DNA of 64,000 bases, from assembly GCA_044433065.1 (NCBI GenBank), contig JAWXUA010000001.1, positions 1,685-65,684 on the forward strand, written 5' to 3'. Position 1 is the stretch's first letter. Each line of letters opens with the position of its first letter. Shown in pieces: positions 55,463 through 64,000 of the stretch. Origin of the DNA: Pseudomonadota bacterium (GTDB taxonomy: Bacteria > Desulfobacterota > Desulfovibrionia > Desulfovibrionales > Desulfovibrionaceae). The position numbers were made by a program, and so were the translations under genes. The notes beneath the pieces are model-generated. The model did not search any database, was not told where the DNA came from, and saw only the letters and a list, made by a program, of their open reading frames with translations.

Positions 55463-55493
55463 TACTTTACATTATCTATAACAATGTAAAGTA
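55463..55493. promoter_or_regulatory. Perfect 11-bp inverted repeat with a 9-bp spacer, just upstream of the EamA gene; candidate operator
   Basis: tactttacatt (55463-55473) and aatgtaaagta (55483-55493). The repeat ends 16 nt before the ATG at 55510. Confidence 0.4.
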
Positions 55494-55509
55494 TAGTAAG
55501 GAATAAACA

Positions 55510-56457
55510 ATGCAACATCTCAGTAGCACCCAAAGGCATTATAATTCATCTGTGGTAAAAGGATATCTTGGAGGATTTTGTGCAGTTCTTTTTTGGAGTC
55601 TTAACGTTATCATTTCTCGATATTTAGCAAATGAAGTACCTCCAATCCTCATCAATTTAATGCGGTGGGTTATCGCAGGCGTCTTGCTTTTTCCTTTTAC
55701 TTTTAATGAGATACGGCACAATCTTGCAGCAGTCAGGCAATCATGGCTCTTAATTCTTGTCCTTGGCTTACTTGGGGTTACTACGTTCAACACCCTTATT
55801 TATATGGCTGGAGCAAGCATATCAGCTATTGATATGGCCCTTATACTTAGTATTGGCCCTGTATTTATAGCCTTATTTTCATGGATTTTTTTGCATAAGC
55901 CCATAACTTTGCGCCAAGGAATTGGCCTATGCATTGCACTTGCAGGTGTTTTTGTTTTACTTTTACGAGGATCCATTGCAAATATAACTGAGTTTACCTT
56001 TGCAATTGGTGATATTTATACCATTTGTGCTTCAGCGTCATTTGCTTTGTATTCAACTTTGCTGAGTTTTAAACGCAGCACGCTATCAAGTCTAGCTTTT
56101 CTTGAGCTAACAATTCTTGCAGGTATTGCATTTATGATTCCTTTCTCTATTGAACCGCTACAAAGCTATTCTTTCACAACTCTGCATACATATGGTATAG
56201 TATCTATTATATACATGGGTATTTTCCAATCCATATTTGCATTTCTTTGGTGGACACATACTTTGCAAAGCCTTGGAACCATTCGCGCAGGTATACTCTT
56301 TTACACGATGCCTGTTTTTAGTAGTATTGCAGCGTATTTTTTCCTTAATGAAGTTTTGCAACAGTCGCAATTACTTGGTGGTGCCATGGTGCTTGCAGGT
56401 GTTATTTATGCAGCCATTGGAAATCGCGATGATGTAGAGGCAGAACCGCGTCCATAG
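55510..56457 (+). CDS. DMT-superfamily transporter (two EamA domains)
   Basis: Ten-TM layout with duplicated EamA-type halves. Confidence 0.85.
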   Translation: MQHLSSTQRHYNSSVVKGYLGGFCAVLFWSLNVIISRYLANEVPPILINLMRWVIAGVLLFPFTFNEIRHNLAAVRQSWLLILVLGLLGVTTFNTLIYMAGASISAIDMALILSIGPVFIALFSWIFLHKPITLRQGIGLCIALAGVFVLLLRGSIANITEFTFAIGDIYTICASASFALYSTLLSFKRSTLSSLAFLELTILAGIAFMIPFSIEPLQSYSFTTLHTYGIVSIIYMGIFQSIFAFLWWTHTLQSLGTIRAGILFYTMPVFSSIAAYFFLNEVLQQSQLLGGAMVLAGVIYAAIGNRDDVEAEPRP

Positions 56458-56487
56458 CGCATGGACAATACGTAAAATAGCAAACAA

Positions 56488-56527
56488 AATCCCGTTACTC
56501 TCAATGAGAATAACGGGATTTTGTTTG
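56488..56527. terminator. Bidirectional rho-independent terminator
   Basis: aatcccgtta / taacgggatt stem flanked by A- and T-rich runs. Confidence 0.7.
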
Positions 56528-56556
56528 TATCTATAGTAAAAGAATAAAACGAAATT

Positions 56557-57273
56557 CTAGTCTTTAGTATAGCTTACTTTCTCATAATCATTTGACGTTG
56601 TTTCAGTATCGAGGAGTATTTCACCACGATATTTTTTGAATAAATAGTACCCCAACAAACTTGAAATAATGAGGAGGATAGCACTGATACATGTTCTCAT
56701 GATAGGTGATACAGATATACCACTTCCTAATAACGCAAAGATAGCATTTTGTGGCATATATCCAATACATGAACCAATGAAGAATTGCGGTGCTGGTACA
56801 GATGAAACACCAGCTGTCATACTGGTCACAAGATTATTTCCAAGTGGTAAACATCGAATAATAATGCTCATGCTTAAGGGATTACTGGCAAAAAAGGTAT
56901 CAAACTTGACAACATGACGTCCAAAGCGTCGTTGTAACGTTTCCCTTGCAGCGATGCGTGCGTAATAAAAAGCCATGATACAGCCCACAGTGGCACCAAT
57001 CGTAGCCCAAAGCGTACCGAATACCGCCCCAAATGCGTAACCACCTAAAAAGCTCATCAATTGCCGTGGCACTGCAAGAGCTGTAAAAAAGGCTACAAGC
57101 ACTGTATATAAAAGAGCACCCTGCCACCCATGATCGCGGATATGGGCATCAATCCATGATGTATTAAGAACTTCATCAAGCTCTAAAATATGAAGTACAG
57201 CAATAGCCATAGCAAAGACAAGAAAAGGGACTATTGCTTTCCAAATTCTCATACTTTTTATGATTGTACCCAT
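56557..57273 (-). CDS. TVP38/TMEM64 (DedA-related) family membrane protein
   Basis: VPRQLMSFLGGYAFGAVFGTLWATIGATVGCIMAFYYAR signature and a five-TM layout. Confidence 0.75.
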   Translation of the reverse strand: MGTIIKSMRIWKAIVPFLVFAMAIAVLHILELDEVLNTSWIDAHIRDHGWQGALLYTVLVAFFTALAVPRQLMSFLGGYAFGAVFGTLWATIGATVGCIMAFYYARIAARETLQRRFGRHVVKFDTFFASNPLSMSIIIRCLPLGNNLVTSMTAGVSSVPAPQFFIGSCIGYMPQNAIFALLGSGISVSPIMRTCISAILLIISSLLGYYLFKKYRGEILLDTETTSNDYEKVSYTKD

Positions 57274-57355
57274 GTTTTCTATGTCCTAATAGGAATAAAA
57301 CTACTATAACTGTAGGTATGATATACGGCTCTAACGTCAATTACTAGCGTATTTT

Positions 57356-58087
57356 TTATTTTTGCTCTTTAATTTCAACACGAACATGTCGTTTTTGCAT
57401 CCAACGGACAGCAAGTAAGTCAAAAAAAGCAGTTTTAGCCCGTGCAAAAGTACCATACTTAGATGTACCGTGCAATCGTGCCCTATGATTGACCTTTATT
57501 TCAGTAACCTTGGCCCCTTCCATCTTCATGAGCGTAGGCAAAAAACGATGCATCCCTATATAGGTAGGTAAACGGCGGGCCAAATCCGTTTGCATAATTT
57601 TCAACGAGCATCCGGTGTCTTTGACGGTTTCGTTGCTCATGGCGTTGCGTACAGTATTGGCGATTTTGGATGCAAAACGCTTAGCAAAGGTGTCTTGCCT
57701 CTTAGCACGCCAACCAATAACCATTTGACAGTCTTCACTTTGCAACAGTCCGAGCATGGCCGGAATATCAGCAGGGTCGTTTTGCAAGTCGGCATCCATG
57801 GTAATACAATATTGACCACAAGCGTGCCTAAAGCCTGCACCAAATGCCGCGGACTGGCCACAATTTTTGGCAAAAGAAAGATAGCGGACAACACTATGCT
57901 GTGTGGCTAGATTATGGATTACCTTTAGGCTTGCATCACTACTGCCGTCATCAACAAAAATCACTTCCCAAGGGCGTGCCAAAGCATCCATGACAACGAA
58001 GATTTCGTTGAACAAGGCTTGCAAATTTTCTTCTTCATTATAGACAGGCACAATGAGGCTAAGCTCAATACCTTGTTCAGCAACCAT
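57356..58087 (-). CDS. Polyprenyl-phosphate glycosyltransferase (GT2, Dpm1/ArnC-like)
   Basis: Motifs LSLIVPVYNEEENL, FVDDGSSDAS, NCGQSAA and TMDADLQNDP. Confidence 0.88.
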   Translation of the reverse strand: MVAEQGIELSLIVPVYNEEENLQALFNEIFVVMDALARPWEVIFVDDGSSDASLKVIHNLATQHSVVRYLSFAKNCGQSAAFGAGFRHACGQYCITMDADLQNDPADIPAMLGLLQSEDCQMVIGWRAKRQDTFAKRFASKIANTVRNAMSNETVKDTGCSLKIMQTDLARRLPTYIGMHRFLPTLMKMEGAKVTEIKVNHRARLHGTSKYGTFARAKTAFFDLLAVRWMQKRHVRVEIKEQK

Positions 58088-58568
58088 GTTTTCTCCATGA
58101 ACAAAAATTACGTTTGGGGCTTGTTCCTCGTTGTAAAATCTAGGTGCGTCCCCATTTGCACGCGGCTGTATATCTCACGCGTAAAATGATTAGTCAAGCA
58201 ACCCACTACACTGTTTGTGCGCATAATGTATAAGCGCTTTGTGAGACAACAATGTTACGCTGGTATTAATTTTGATATTCTAAAAAATACAGTAGTATCA
58301 CTTCAAAAACATACAATACAACTAGTATGTAAAAATTTGTTTGTGATATACTTTGATATTTGGCTAAATTTTTAACAGAAAATACACATTCATAAGACCA
58401 TTCAGTACATTTCGTATCATAGTTAGTAATAAAAAACGTTTCTTGGCAAGATGATTTTTTATAAATGCCTATCCTCAGTCTTTTCAAAAAGGCTTTTTCG
58501 TGCCATTATATCAACATCATTTTGAGTGGAACTGTCTCTCGCAAATTTTTTCCACACAGTAGGTTAGC

Positions 58569-59366
58569 ATGGGAAAACGTTACACACCGATTATTGCCTT
58601 TACTGGTGCCATGTGGCTTGTTGCATTGGCTGGTTACTCAGTCTTTGACAATGTTGAATCATCAACTCCTAACAGAATTCGCTTTGACAACGCGGGTGGC
58701 ATGGTGGTTTTTGACCACATCAAACATGCTGAGAACTACAACATTCCCTGCGAGCGTTGCCACCATGAAAATGCTACGCAACGTGACAATGTGCAAAGCT
58801 GCGGCACTTGTCATGGCGTTGAATTTGATGAAGTTTTCATTACGAGTCATACCACAACTATCACAGACAAAGCATCCTGCGTCACCTGTCACCACAGCGA
58901 ATTTATGGCGTCGTCGTGGGACCATGCGGCTCACATGGATGATTATGGCTTAGATTGTACATCCTGTCACCACGATACGGACATTGAACCTGAGCCAACC
59001 AATTGCGCAGACTGTCATGAAAGTGGCTTAGGTCAGAAATCCGCCGAAGATCCAGACATGCCATTCCTTGAGAATGCAGTGCATACTCGCTGTGCGGACT
59101 GTCACCAAGACATGTTTGATGAAAAAGTAAATGGCTGTAAAAATTGTCATGATTTCACGAATACGCGTGCCTTGTTTGCCGAGACTGGTAAAGCAGAAGT
59201 AAGCGCTGTTAGTGCTGATTGCATGGTGTGTCACCGTGGGCAAAAGCTTGACGATTTAATTCCTAACCGCATGGGCGCATTCCACGCACAATGCATGGAT
59301 TGCCATAAAGAAGCTGGTAAGGGCCCATTCCAAAAAGATCAGTGCAAGCAATGCCATACCAAGTAA
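58569..59366 (+). CDS. dhcA: Membrane-anchored decahaem cytochrome c associated with Rnf
   Basis: Ten CxxCH motifs were counted in the translation. An N-terminal TM anchor is present, and the gene lies immediately upstream of rnfC. Confidence 0.85.
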   Translation: MGKRYTPIIAFTGAMWLVALAGYSVFDNVESSTPNRIRFDNAGGMVVFDHIKHAENYNIPCERCHHENATQRDNVQSCGTCHGVEFDEVFITSHTTTITDKASCVTCHHSEFMASSWDHAAHMDDYGLDCTSCHHDTDIEPEPTNCADCHESGLGQKSAEDPDMPFLENAVHTRCADCHQDMFDEKVNGCKNCHDFTNTRALFAETGKAEVSAVSADCMVCHRGQKLDDLIPNRMGAFHAQCMDCHKEAGKGPFQKDQCKQCHTK

Positions 59367-59375
59367 GGTGACGTT

Positions 59376-60608
59376 ATGAAACAACGCTTTCAAATTTTGA
59401 ATGATCCGCGTTTTCATCTCGTTTATGGCGAGACGGCACGCTTTGTTGAGGCACCAGCGCCAAGCCGTGTGCGCCTTAATCGTGAAGGTTGTACTCTTGT
59501 TGCTGGCATCAAAAAGAAAGCCAAAGTCTACGCAGGTATGCTCTTAGCTGAACACCCTGCTGCAACAAAAGGTGACCTTTTTGCTTCTATTTCTGGCGTC
59601 ATTACCGATGTCACAGAACGAAGCATTTTCATTACAGCATCCGACGATTTTGACCCAGAAGTTAATCCCGAAGCAGCACAAGAGGCCGCAGCGGCTATGA
59701 CTCCTGTGGACCTTTTGGGATCTGGTCTTGAGGGCGATGAATTGCGCATGGCTTTAAAGAAGCTTGGCGTCAATACTCGGTCTTTGGGACGTAAATGTAA
59801 AACGCTCATCATCAACGCGCTCAATCCAGACCCAGGTGTGACTTGGGCTGAGCCTATGCTTGGCGTACACGTTAAGCACTTGCGTGTCGGCATGGAGTTG
59901 CACCGCCGTATGATGCAGGCTGATGAAGTCATTGTGGCCTTGCCTCAAGGGGCTACCATGAAATATGATGGCGTGAAAGTCGCCCATGTGCCTGCCTCCT
60001 ATCCAAACAGTCTTGACAAACTCGTTGCCAAAGCAGTCATGGGTGAAGAAAATCCAGAGGGTGTGGGCGTCGTAGGTCTTCATAATATTTGGAGTCTTGG
60101 TCGTGTAGGACTTTTAGGTTTACCACTCATCGAGTCTGTTATCACCGTGGCTAACGCTTCGTCATCGGCAAACTATATTGTTCGTGACGGGTCTACCATT
60201 GGTGAAGTGCTTGCTTCAGCTGATATTACGCCCAATGAAGCGGACCTTGTTGTCCGTGGTGGTCCTTTGCGTGGTGAGAGTGTGGACGATCTTTCACGCT
60301 CGACGACGAAGGGTACATACGGCATCTTTGTTGTGGAACATGGAACCTTGCCACCAATGAAGGGACATAGCCAATGCGTCAACTGTGGCGCATGTGAACT
60401 TGTGTGCCCTGCTCGCATCAATCCAAGTAAATTAAGTCGTTATGCTGAATTTGCTTTGCATGACAGATGTCGTGCTGAATTTATTGATGCGTGCCTTGAA
60501 TGTGGCCTTTGTGGTTATGTGTGTCCTGCTCGCCGACCTGTTTTGCAGTACATTCGCCTGTCAAAACAAAAGCTTGCAGAAGTACCTGGCACACCTTTGG
60601 TGCTGTAG
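59376..60608 (+). CDS. rnfC: Rnf complex subunit C
   Basis: Two ferredoxin-type clusters, CVNCGACELVCP and CLECGLCGYVCP. The call is supported by operon position and RBS AAGGTGA. Confidence 0.85.
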   Translation: MKQRFQILNDPRFHLVYGETARFVEAPAPSRVRLNREGCTLVAGIKKKAKVYAGMLLAEHPAATKGDLFASISGVITDVTERSIFITASDDFDPEVNPEAAQEAAAAMTPVDLLGSGLEGDELRMALKKLGVNTRSLGRKCKTLIINALNPDPGVTWAEPMLGVHVKHLRVGMELHRRMMQADEVIVALPQGATMKYDGVKVAHVPASYPNSLDKLVAKAVMGEENPEGVGVVGLHNIWSLGRVGLLGLPLIESVITVANASSSANYIVRDGSTIGEVLASADITPNEADLVVRGGPLRGESVDDLSRSTTKGTYGIFVVEHGTLPPMKGHSQCVNCGACELVCPARINPSKLSRYAEFALHDRCRAEFIDACLECGLCGYVCPARRPVLQYIRLSKQKLAEVPGTPLVL

Positions 60609-60826
60609 ACGAATACATACCAAGGACCTTGTCTAACGCATCCTCAGAGTTAATAAGATATGGGTATATTTCATAGCTTATTATAATGATAGAATAGCTA
60701 GGCAAGACGAACCACATCGACCCTTAAAAGGTTCTTAGGCCATCTTTATAGATAGTTGGCCTAAGCAGGGTTCCATGGGGCAAGCCCTCTTGATTGTGAG
60801 CCCTCTCAATAAAGGAGACCATAATA

Positions 60827-61774
60827 ATGTCACAAAATAGTGTCCTGTTGGCCGTAAGCGCGCCACCGTATTGGCATTGCGGTCGCACCATTCAAAACGC
60901 AAGTATCACCACACTCATCGCCCTATTACCTGCTGCAATCATGGCTATTCTGCAGTGGGGCATGCCTGCGGCAAGAGTTATGGCTTTGGCCGTGGCAACT
61001 GGCGTTGTAGTTGAATATCTTTGTAGCCGCATGATGCATCGTGAAGCTGAAATTGATGATTTTAGCACCGTTGTTTCTTGCTTATTGTTTGCCTTCTTGT
61101 TGCCTGCCGCAGCACCTTGGTGGTTGGTAATTTTTGGCGCAGTGTTATGCATTAGCCTTGGCAAAATGGCTTTTGGTGGCCTTGGGGCAAACCCCATCAA
61201 TACAGCCATTGTGGGCTGGGCCATGTTATATGTGTCGTGGCCTACATTCATGGAACCCAACGCCATGCAATTGCACACCGACCTCGTTGACCCACTGGTT
61301 AGATTGAAATTCTTTGGCGCGGCGGCTGTGGCTGACATGCCAATATTGGACCTTGCCTTGGGTAAACAAATTGGCGGCCTTGGTGCTTCTCAAGCAGGTG
61401 CCTTGCTTCTTGGCGGTGCTTTTTTGGCTGCACGTGGCGTTATCCGCTGGGAAATTGCAGCAAGCTTTTTGCTTGGCGTTGCAACCACAGCAGCGGCATT
61501 TTACATGATCGACCCAAGCCAATATGCTATGCCACAATTCCACTTATTGACTGGCTCGACCATATTGGGCGCATTCTTCCTCGCAACAGAATGGTCAACG
61601 TCTCCTGGTCGTCAGGTTCCCATGGTGCTGTATGGCGTTGTTGGTGGCATTTTGGTTATGATTATACGCATTTATGGTATTTACCCTGACGGTGTACCTT
61701 TTGCCATTATGCTCATCAACCTGTTGGCACCATTGTTTGACTCCATCCATCCTAAGCCTTTTGGAGTGAAGTAG
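60827..61774 (+). CDS. rnfD: Rnf complex subunit D
   Basis: Polytopic NqrB/RnfD-like membrane protein. RBS AAGGAG is present and the operon order fits. Confidence 0.88.
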   Translation: MSQNSVLLAVSAPPYWHCGRTIQNASITTLIALLPAAIMAILQWGMPAARVMALAVATGVVVEYLCSRMMHREAEIDDFSTVVSCLLFAFLLPAAAPWWLVIFGAVLCISLGKMAFGGLGANPINTAIVGWAMLYVSWPTFMEPNAMQLHTDLVDPLVRLKFFGAAAVADMPILDLALGKQIGGLGASQAGALLLGGAFLAARGVIRWEIAASFLLGVATTAAAFYMIDPSQYAMPQFHLLTGSTILGAFFLATEWSTSPGRQVPMVLYGVVGGILVMIIRIYGIYPDGVPFAIMLINLLAPLFDSIHPKPFGVK

Positions 61775-61775
61775 T

Positions 61776-62351
61776 ATGGGTGACATTATCAGAATGATTG
61801 TCGTGCTCTCGTGCATTTGCGGCGTGTCGGGTTTTGCCCTGTCATATTTAAAAATGACCACAGCTCCTGCCATTGAAGAGCAAGTCATGACATATGTACA
61901 AGGTCCTGCAATCCATAGCGTTTTTACGGATATTGACAATGATCCCATTGCCGACCGTAAGAAGTTTAGCACAGCTGATGGTAAAGAGTTTACTGTTTTC
62001 CCAGGTCAAAAAGGTGGGAAGCTTGTAGGCGTCTGCATTGAAGGCTTTGGTACAGGCTTTGGCGGTGAAATTGGCGTTATGGTTGGTTTTGACGTTGCAC
62101 GTGACGCACTCATGGGCATTGGTATTACCACGATGTCAGAAACTCCGGGCCTTGGCACTGTTATTGCGGGTAAAAACTTCACAAGTCAGTTCGTTGGCCA
62201 AGGGCTAGATGCCAAGGCTAAGAGCCAAGGTGGCACGCTTGATACCATTTCTGGCGCGACCATCTCGTCCAATGGTGCCATTGCTGGCTTGAATAAGGCT
62301 GCGCAAATTTATACGCAATTGAAGCCTGAAATCGTGAAAACGTGGCCATAG
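61776..62351 (+). CDS. rnfG: Rnf complex subunit G (FMN-binding)
   Basis: N-terminal anchor and the covalent-FMN motif ISGATISS. Confidence 0.88.
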   Translation: MGDIIRMIVVLSCICGVSGFALSYLKMTTAPAIEEQVMTYVQGPAIHSVFTDIDNDPIADRKKFSTADGKEFTVFPGQKGGKLVGVCIEGFGTGFGGEIGVMVGFDVARDALMGIGITTMSETPGLGTVIAGKNFTSQFVGQGLDAKAKSQGGTLDTISGATISSNGAIAGLNKAAQIYTQLKPEIVKTWP

Positions 62352-62360
62352 GAGAGCACC

Positions 62361-63029
62361 ATGCAACAATTCATTAAAGAATTCACCAAAGGCTTGTGGC
62401 AAGAGTTGCCACCATTTCGCTTGGTGCTTGGCCTTTGCCCTGTGCTTGCTGTCACCAAAACAGCCAGCAACGGCCTTGGCATGGGTATGGCTGTTATTTT
62501 CGTTTTGACGCTGTCCAACATGATTATTTCCATGGTCCGCAGTATCATCCCTAAGAAAGTTCGTATTGCTTGCTTTATCGCTATTTCGGCTTCCCTCGTT
62601 GTTGCCGTTGAATTGCTCATGCAAGCATATGCCTACCCGTTATATCAGCAGCTTGGCATTTTCGTGCCGCTCATTGTTGTAAACTGTATTATCCTTGGCC
62701 GCGCAGAAGCCTTTGCTGCCAAGAACCCAGTGCATTTGGCCATTGCTGACGGCCTTGGCATGGGCATTGGTTTTACCATGTCCTTGGTCTTCCTTGGTGG
62801 TTTGCGCGAACTCTTTGGCACGGGTATGCTCTTTGGTAAAGAAGTCATGTGGCAAGGATTTGAACCCTTTACCATCATGATTGAAGCTCCTGGTGCATTC
62901 ATTTGCCTCGGTTTGACCCTCGCGGCCATGAACCAGTACAACCATTGGCAAGCAAGTCGCCAAGGTAAAGATCCTGAGCCTGCAAAGTCTGGTTGTTGTT
63001 CTTGCGGTGCTTGCGGTAACGGAAAGTAG
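62361..63029 (+). CDS. rnfE: Rnf complex subunit E
   Basis: NqrD/RnfE-like sequence (GLCPVLAVT, VVNCIILGRAEAFA) with a Cys-rich C-terminal tail. Confidence 0.9.
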   Translation: MQQFIKEFTKGLWQELPPFRLVLGLCPVLAVTKTASNGLGMGMAVIFVLTLSNMIISMVRSIIPKKVRIACFIAISASLVVAVELLMQAYAYPLYQQLGIFVPLIVVNCIILGRAEAFAAKNPVHLAIADGLGMGIGFTMSLVFLGGLRELFGTGMLFGKEVMWQGFEPFTIMIEAPGAFICLGLTLAAMNQYNHWQASRQGKDPEPAKSGCCSCGACGNGK

Positions 63030-63038
63030 GAGATTGTC

Positions 63039-63614
63039 ATGGAATATTTTGAACTCTTTATTTCCGCCATTTTCGTTAATAATATCGTCTTGGCACAATA
63101 CCTTGGCCAATGTCCATATCTTGGCTGCTCTCGTGAAAAGAGTGTAGCACTTGGTATGGGTGGTGCGGTTGTCTTTGTTACCATCATGGCAACCCTGTGC
63201 ACTTGGTGCATGCAGACCTATGTGTTAACACCTTTTGGTCTTGCTTATCTGCAAACCATTGTTTTTATTCTTGTTATCGCAGGTCTGGTACAATTTGTAG
63301 AAATGTTCCTCAAGAAGCTTGTACCACCGCTGTATGCTGCGCTTGGTATCTTCTTGCCGCTCATTACCACAAACTGTGCTGTTATGGGTGTGGCCATCTT
63401 GGTTCAGCGCGAGCAATACGACTTGGTTACCTCACTTCTTTACGCTCTCGCATCTAGCCTTGGCTTTGTGCTTGCACTCATTCTCATGGCTGGCGTACGT
63501 GAACGCCTTGACACCAACCGCGTCCCAAAGGTCATGGCTGGTACACCCATTGCGCTCCTCGTGGCTGGTCTCATGTCCCTCGCCTTCATGGCATTCAAAG
63601 GCATGACGTCATAG
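63039..63614 (+). CDS. rnfA: Rnf complex subunit A
   Basis: NqrE/RnfA-like sequence (NNIVLAQYLGQCPYLG, ITTNCAVMGVA). Confidence 0.9.
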   Translation: MEYFELFISAIFVNNIVLAQYLGQCPYLGCSREKSVALGMGGAVVFVTIMATLCTWCMQTYVLTPFGLAYLQTIVFILVIAGLVQFVEMFLKKLVPPLYAALGIFLPLITTNCAVMGVAILVQREQYDLVTSLLYALASSLGFVLALILMAGVRERLDTNRVPKVMAGTPIALLVAGLMSLAFMAFKGMTS

Positions 63615-63666
63615 GAAACCATCGTTTATTGATTGGCGCCTTATGACCATATAAAAAGGATATGAC

Positions 63667-64000
63667 ATGGTTATATATTCAGTACTCACGCTTTTTGGGC
63701 TTGGCCTTCTGACAGCTACTGTGCTGGCCATGGCCTCACGCGTTTTTTATGTTGAAGAAGATCCTCGTGTTGAAGCAGTTATGGACGTTTTGCCAGGAGC
63801 AAACTGTGGTGGTTGCGGCTATGCAGGTTGCGAAGGCTACGCTATTGCCGTTGTGAACGATCCTGATATTCCTGCCAATAAATGTTGCGCTGGTGGCGAA
63901 GGCACGAGTATTGCTGTTGGTGAGTTGACGGGTAAAACCGTTGGTGCTAGCGAACCGCTCCGCTCATTCCGTCGTTGTGACAAAGTGGAAGGCAAAGTTG
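63667..64000 (+). CDS. rnfB: Rnf complex subunit B, 5-prime part (continues beyond the window)
   Basis: ATG at 63667 follows AAGGA. The translation MVIYSVLTLFGLGLL... has an N-terminal anchor and the CGGCGYAGC cluster motif. It is absent from the ORF track because no stop lies within the window. Confidence 0.85.
   Translation, partial: MVIYSVLTLFGLGLLTATVLAMASRVFYVEEDPRVEAVMDVLPGANCGGCGYAGCEGYAIAVVNDPDIPANKCCAGGEGTSIAVGELTGKTVGASEPLRSFRRCDKVEGKV

Noticed and set aside
58444-58460. Possible sigma-54 promoter (tggcaagatgatttttt) upstream of dhcA-rnf.
   Set aside because: The -24 GG is present, but the -12 position has TT where the conserved GC should be. The match is much weaker than the site at 3098-3113.
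60682-60687. Calling the perfect TATAAT in the rnfC-rnfD spacer a promoter feature.
   Set aside because: There is no acceptable -35 or extended -10 element at 16-18 bp, and the hexamer sits in locally AT-rich DNA where it could arise by chance. It is kept only as part of the spacer finding.

Overview
This 64 kb window looks like chromosomal DNA from a Desulfovibrionaceae-type sulfate reducer. The main clue is a membrane-anchored decahaem cytochrome c directly upstream of rnfCDGEAB at the right end. All calls come from reading the ORF translations and the DNA by eye. No searches or computations were run, so family names are motif-based and composition statements are estimates.

Two compartments are visible.

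(1) 0-32.8 kb and 54.3-64 kb have roughly half-GC composition and carry mostly housekeeping genes:
- yccF, metG and a PSP1/RicT-like gene
- an HD hydrolase, a GT2 and a phosphofructokinase
- an AddA/AddB-type helicase-nuclease pair
- an NMO/FabK-like flavoenzyme
- dprA and a Xer-type recombinase
- tRNA-Pro(CGG) and a bifunctional Rel/SpoT
- an orphan family-5 solute-binding lipoprotein
- a SWIM-SNF2 helicase
- kpsF, an EamA transporter, a TVP38/DedA-like protein, a polyprenyl-phosphate GT2, and dhcA-rnf

(2) About 32.8-54.3 kb is sharply more AT-rich, roughly one-third GC by eye. It is a 15-gene polysaccharide assembly locus with no mobility genes.

The most interesting signals are:
(a) The glycan island is a non-canonical Wzx/Wzy-type assembly line. 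It contains:
- a stand-alone STAS protein, plus a GT26 enzyme with a STAS-like C-terminal extension
- a predicted catalytically dead phosphoglycosyl-transferase fused to a hexapeptide-repeat module, next to a bona fide PGT
- a Wzc-like co-polymerase with a degenerate Walker A and no tyrosine tail
- a single ORF fusing a cytoplasmic GT2 to a periplasmic Wza-like export domain through an internal lipoprotein-type signal
- an extra QxxRW synthase-type GT2
(b) An orphan CesT-like chaperone and candidate type III effector pair sits next to metG/yccF, with a near-consensus sigma-54 promoter in front of the effector gene.
(c) A 121-nt long-stem palindrome followed by an intrinsic terminator lies in the GT2-pfk spacer.

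No CRISPR array, IS element, prophage gene or recognisable defence system was seen.
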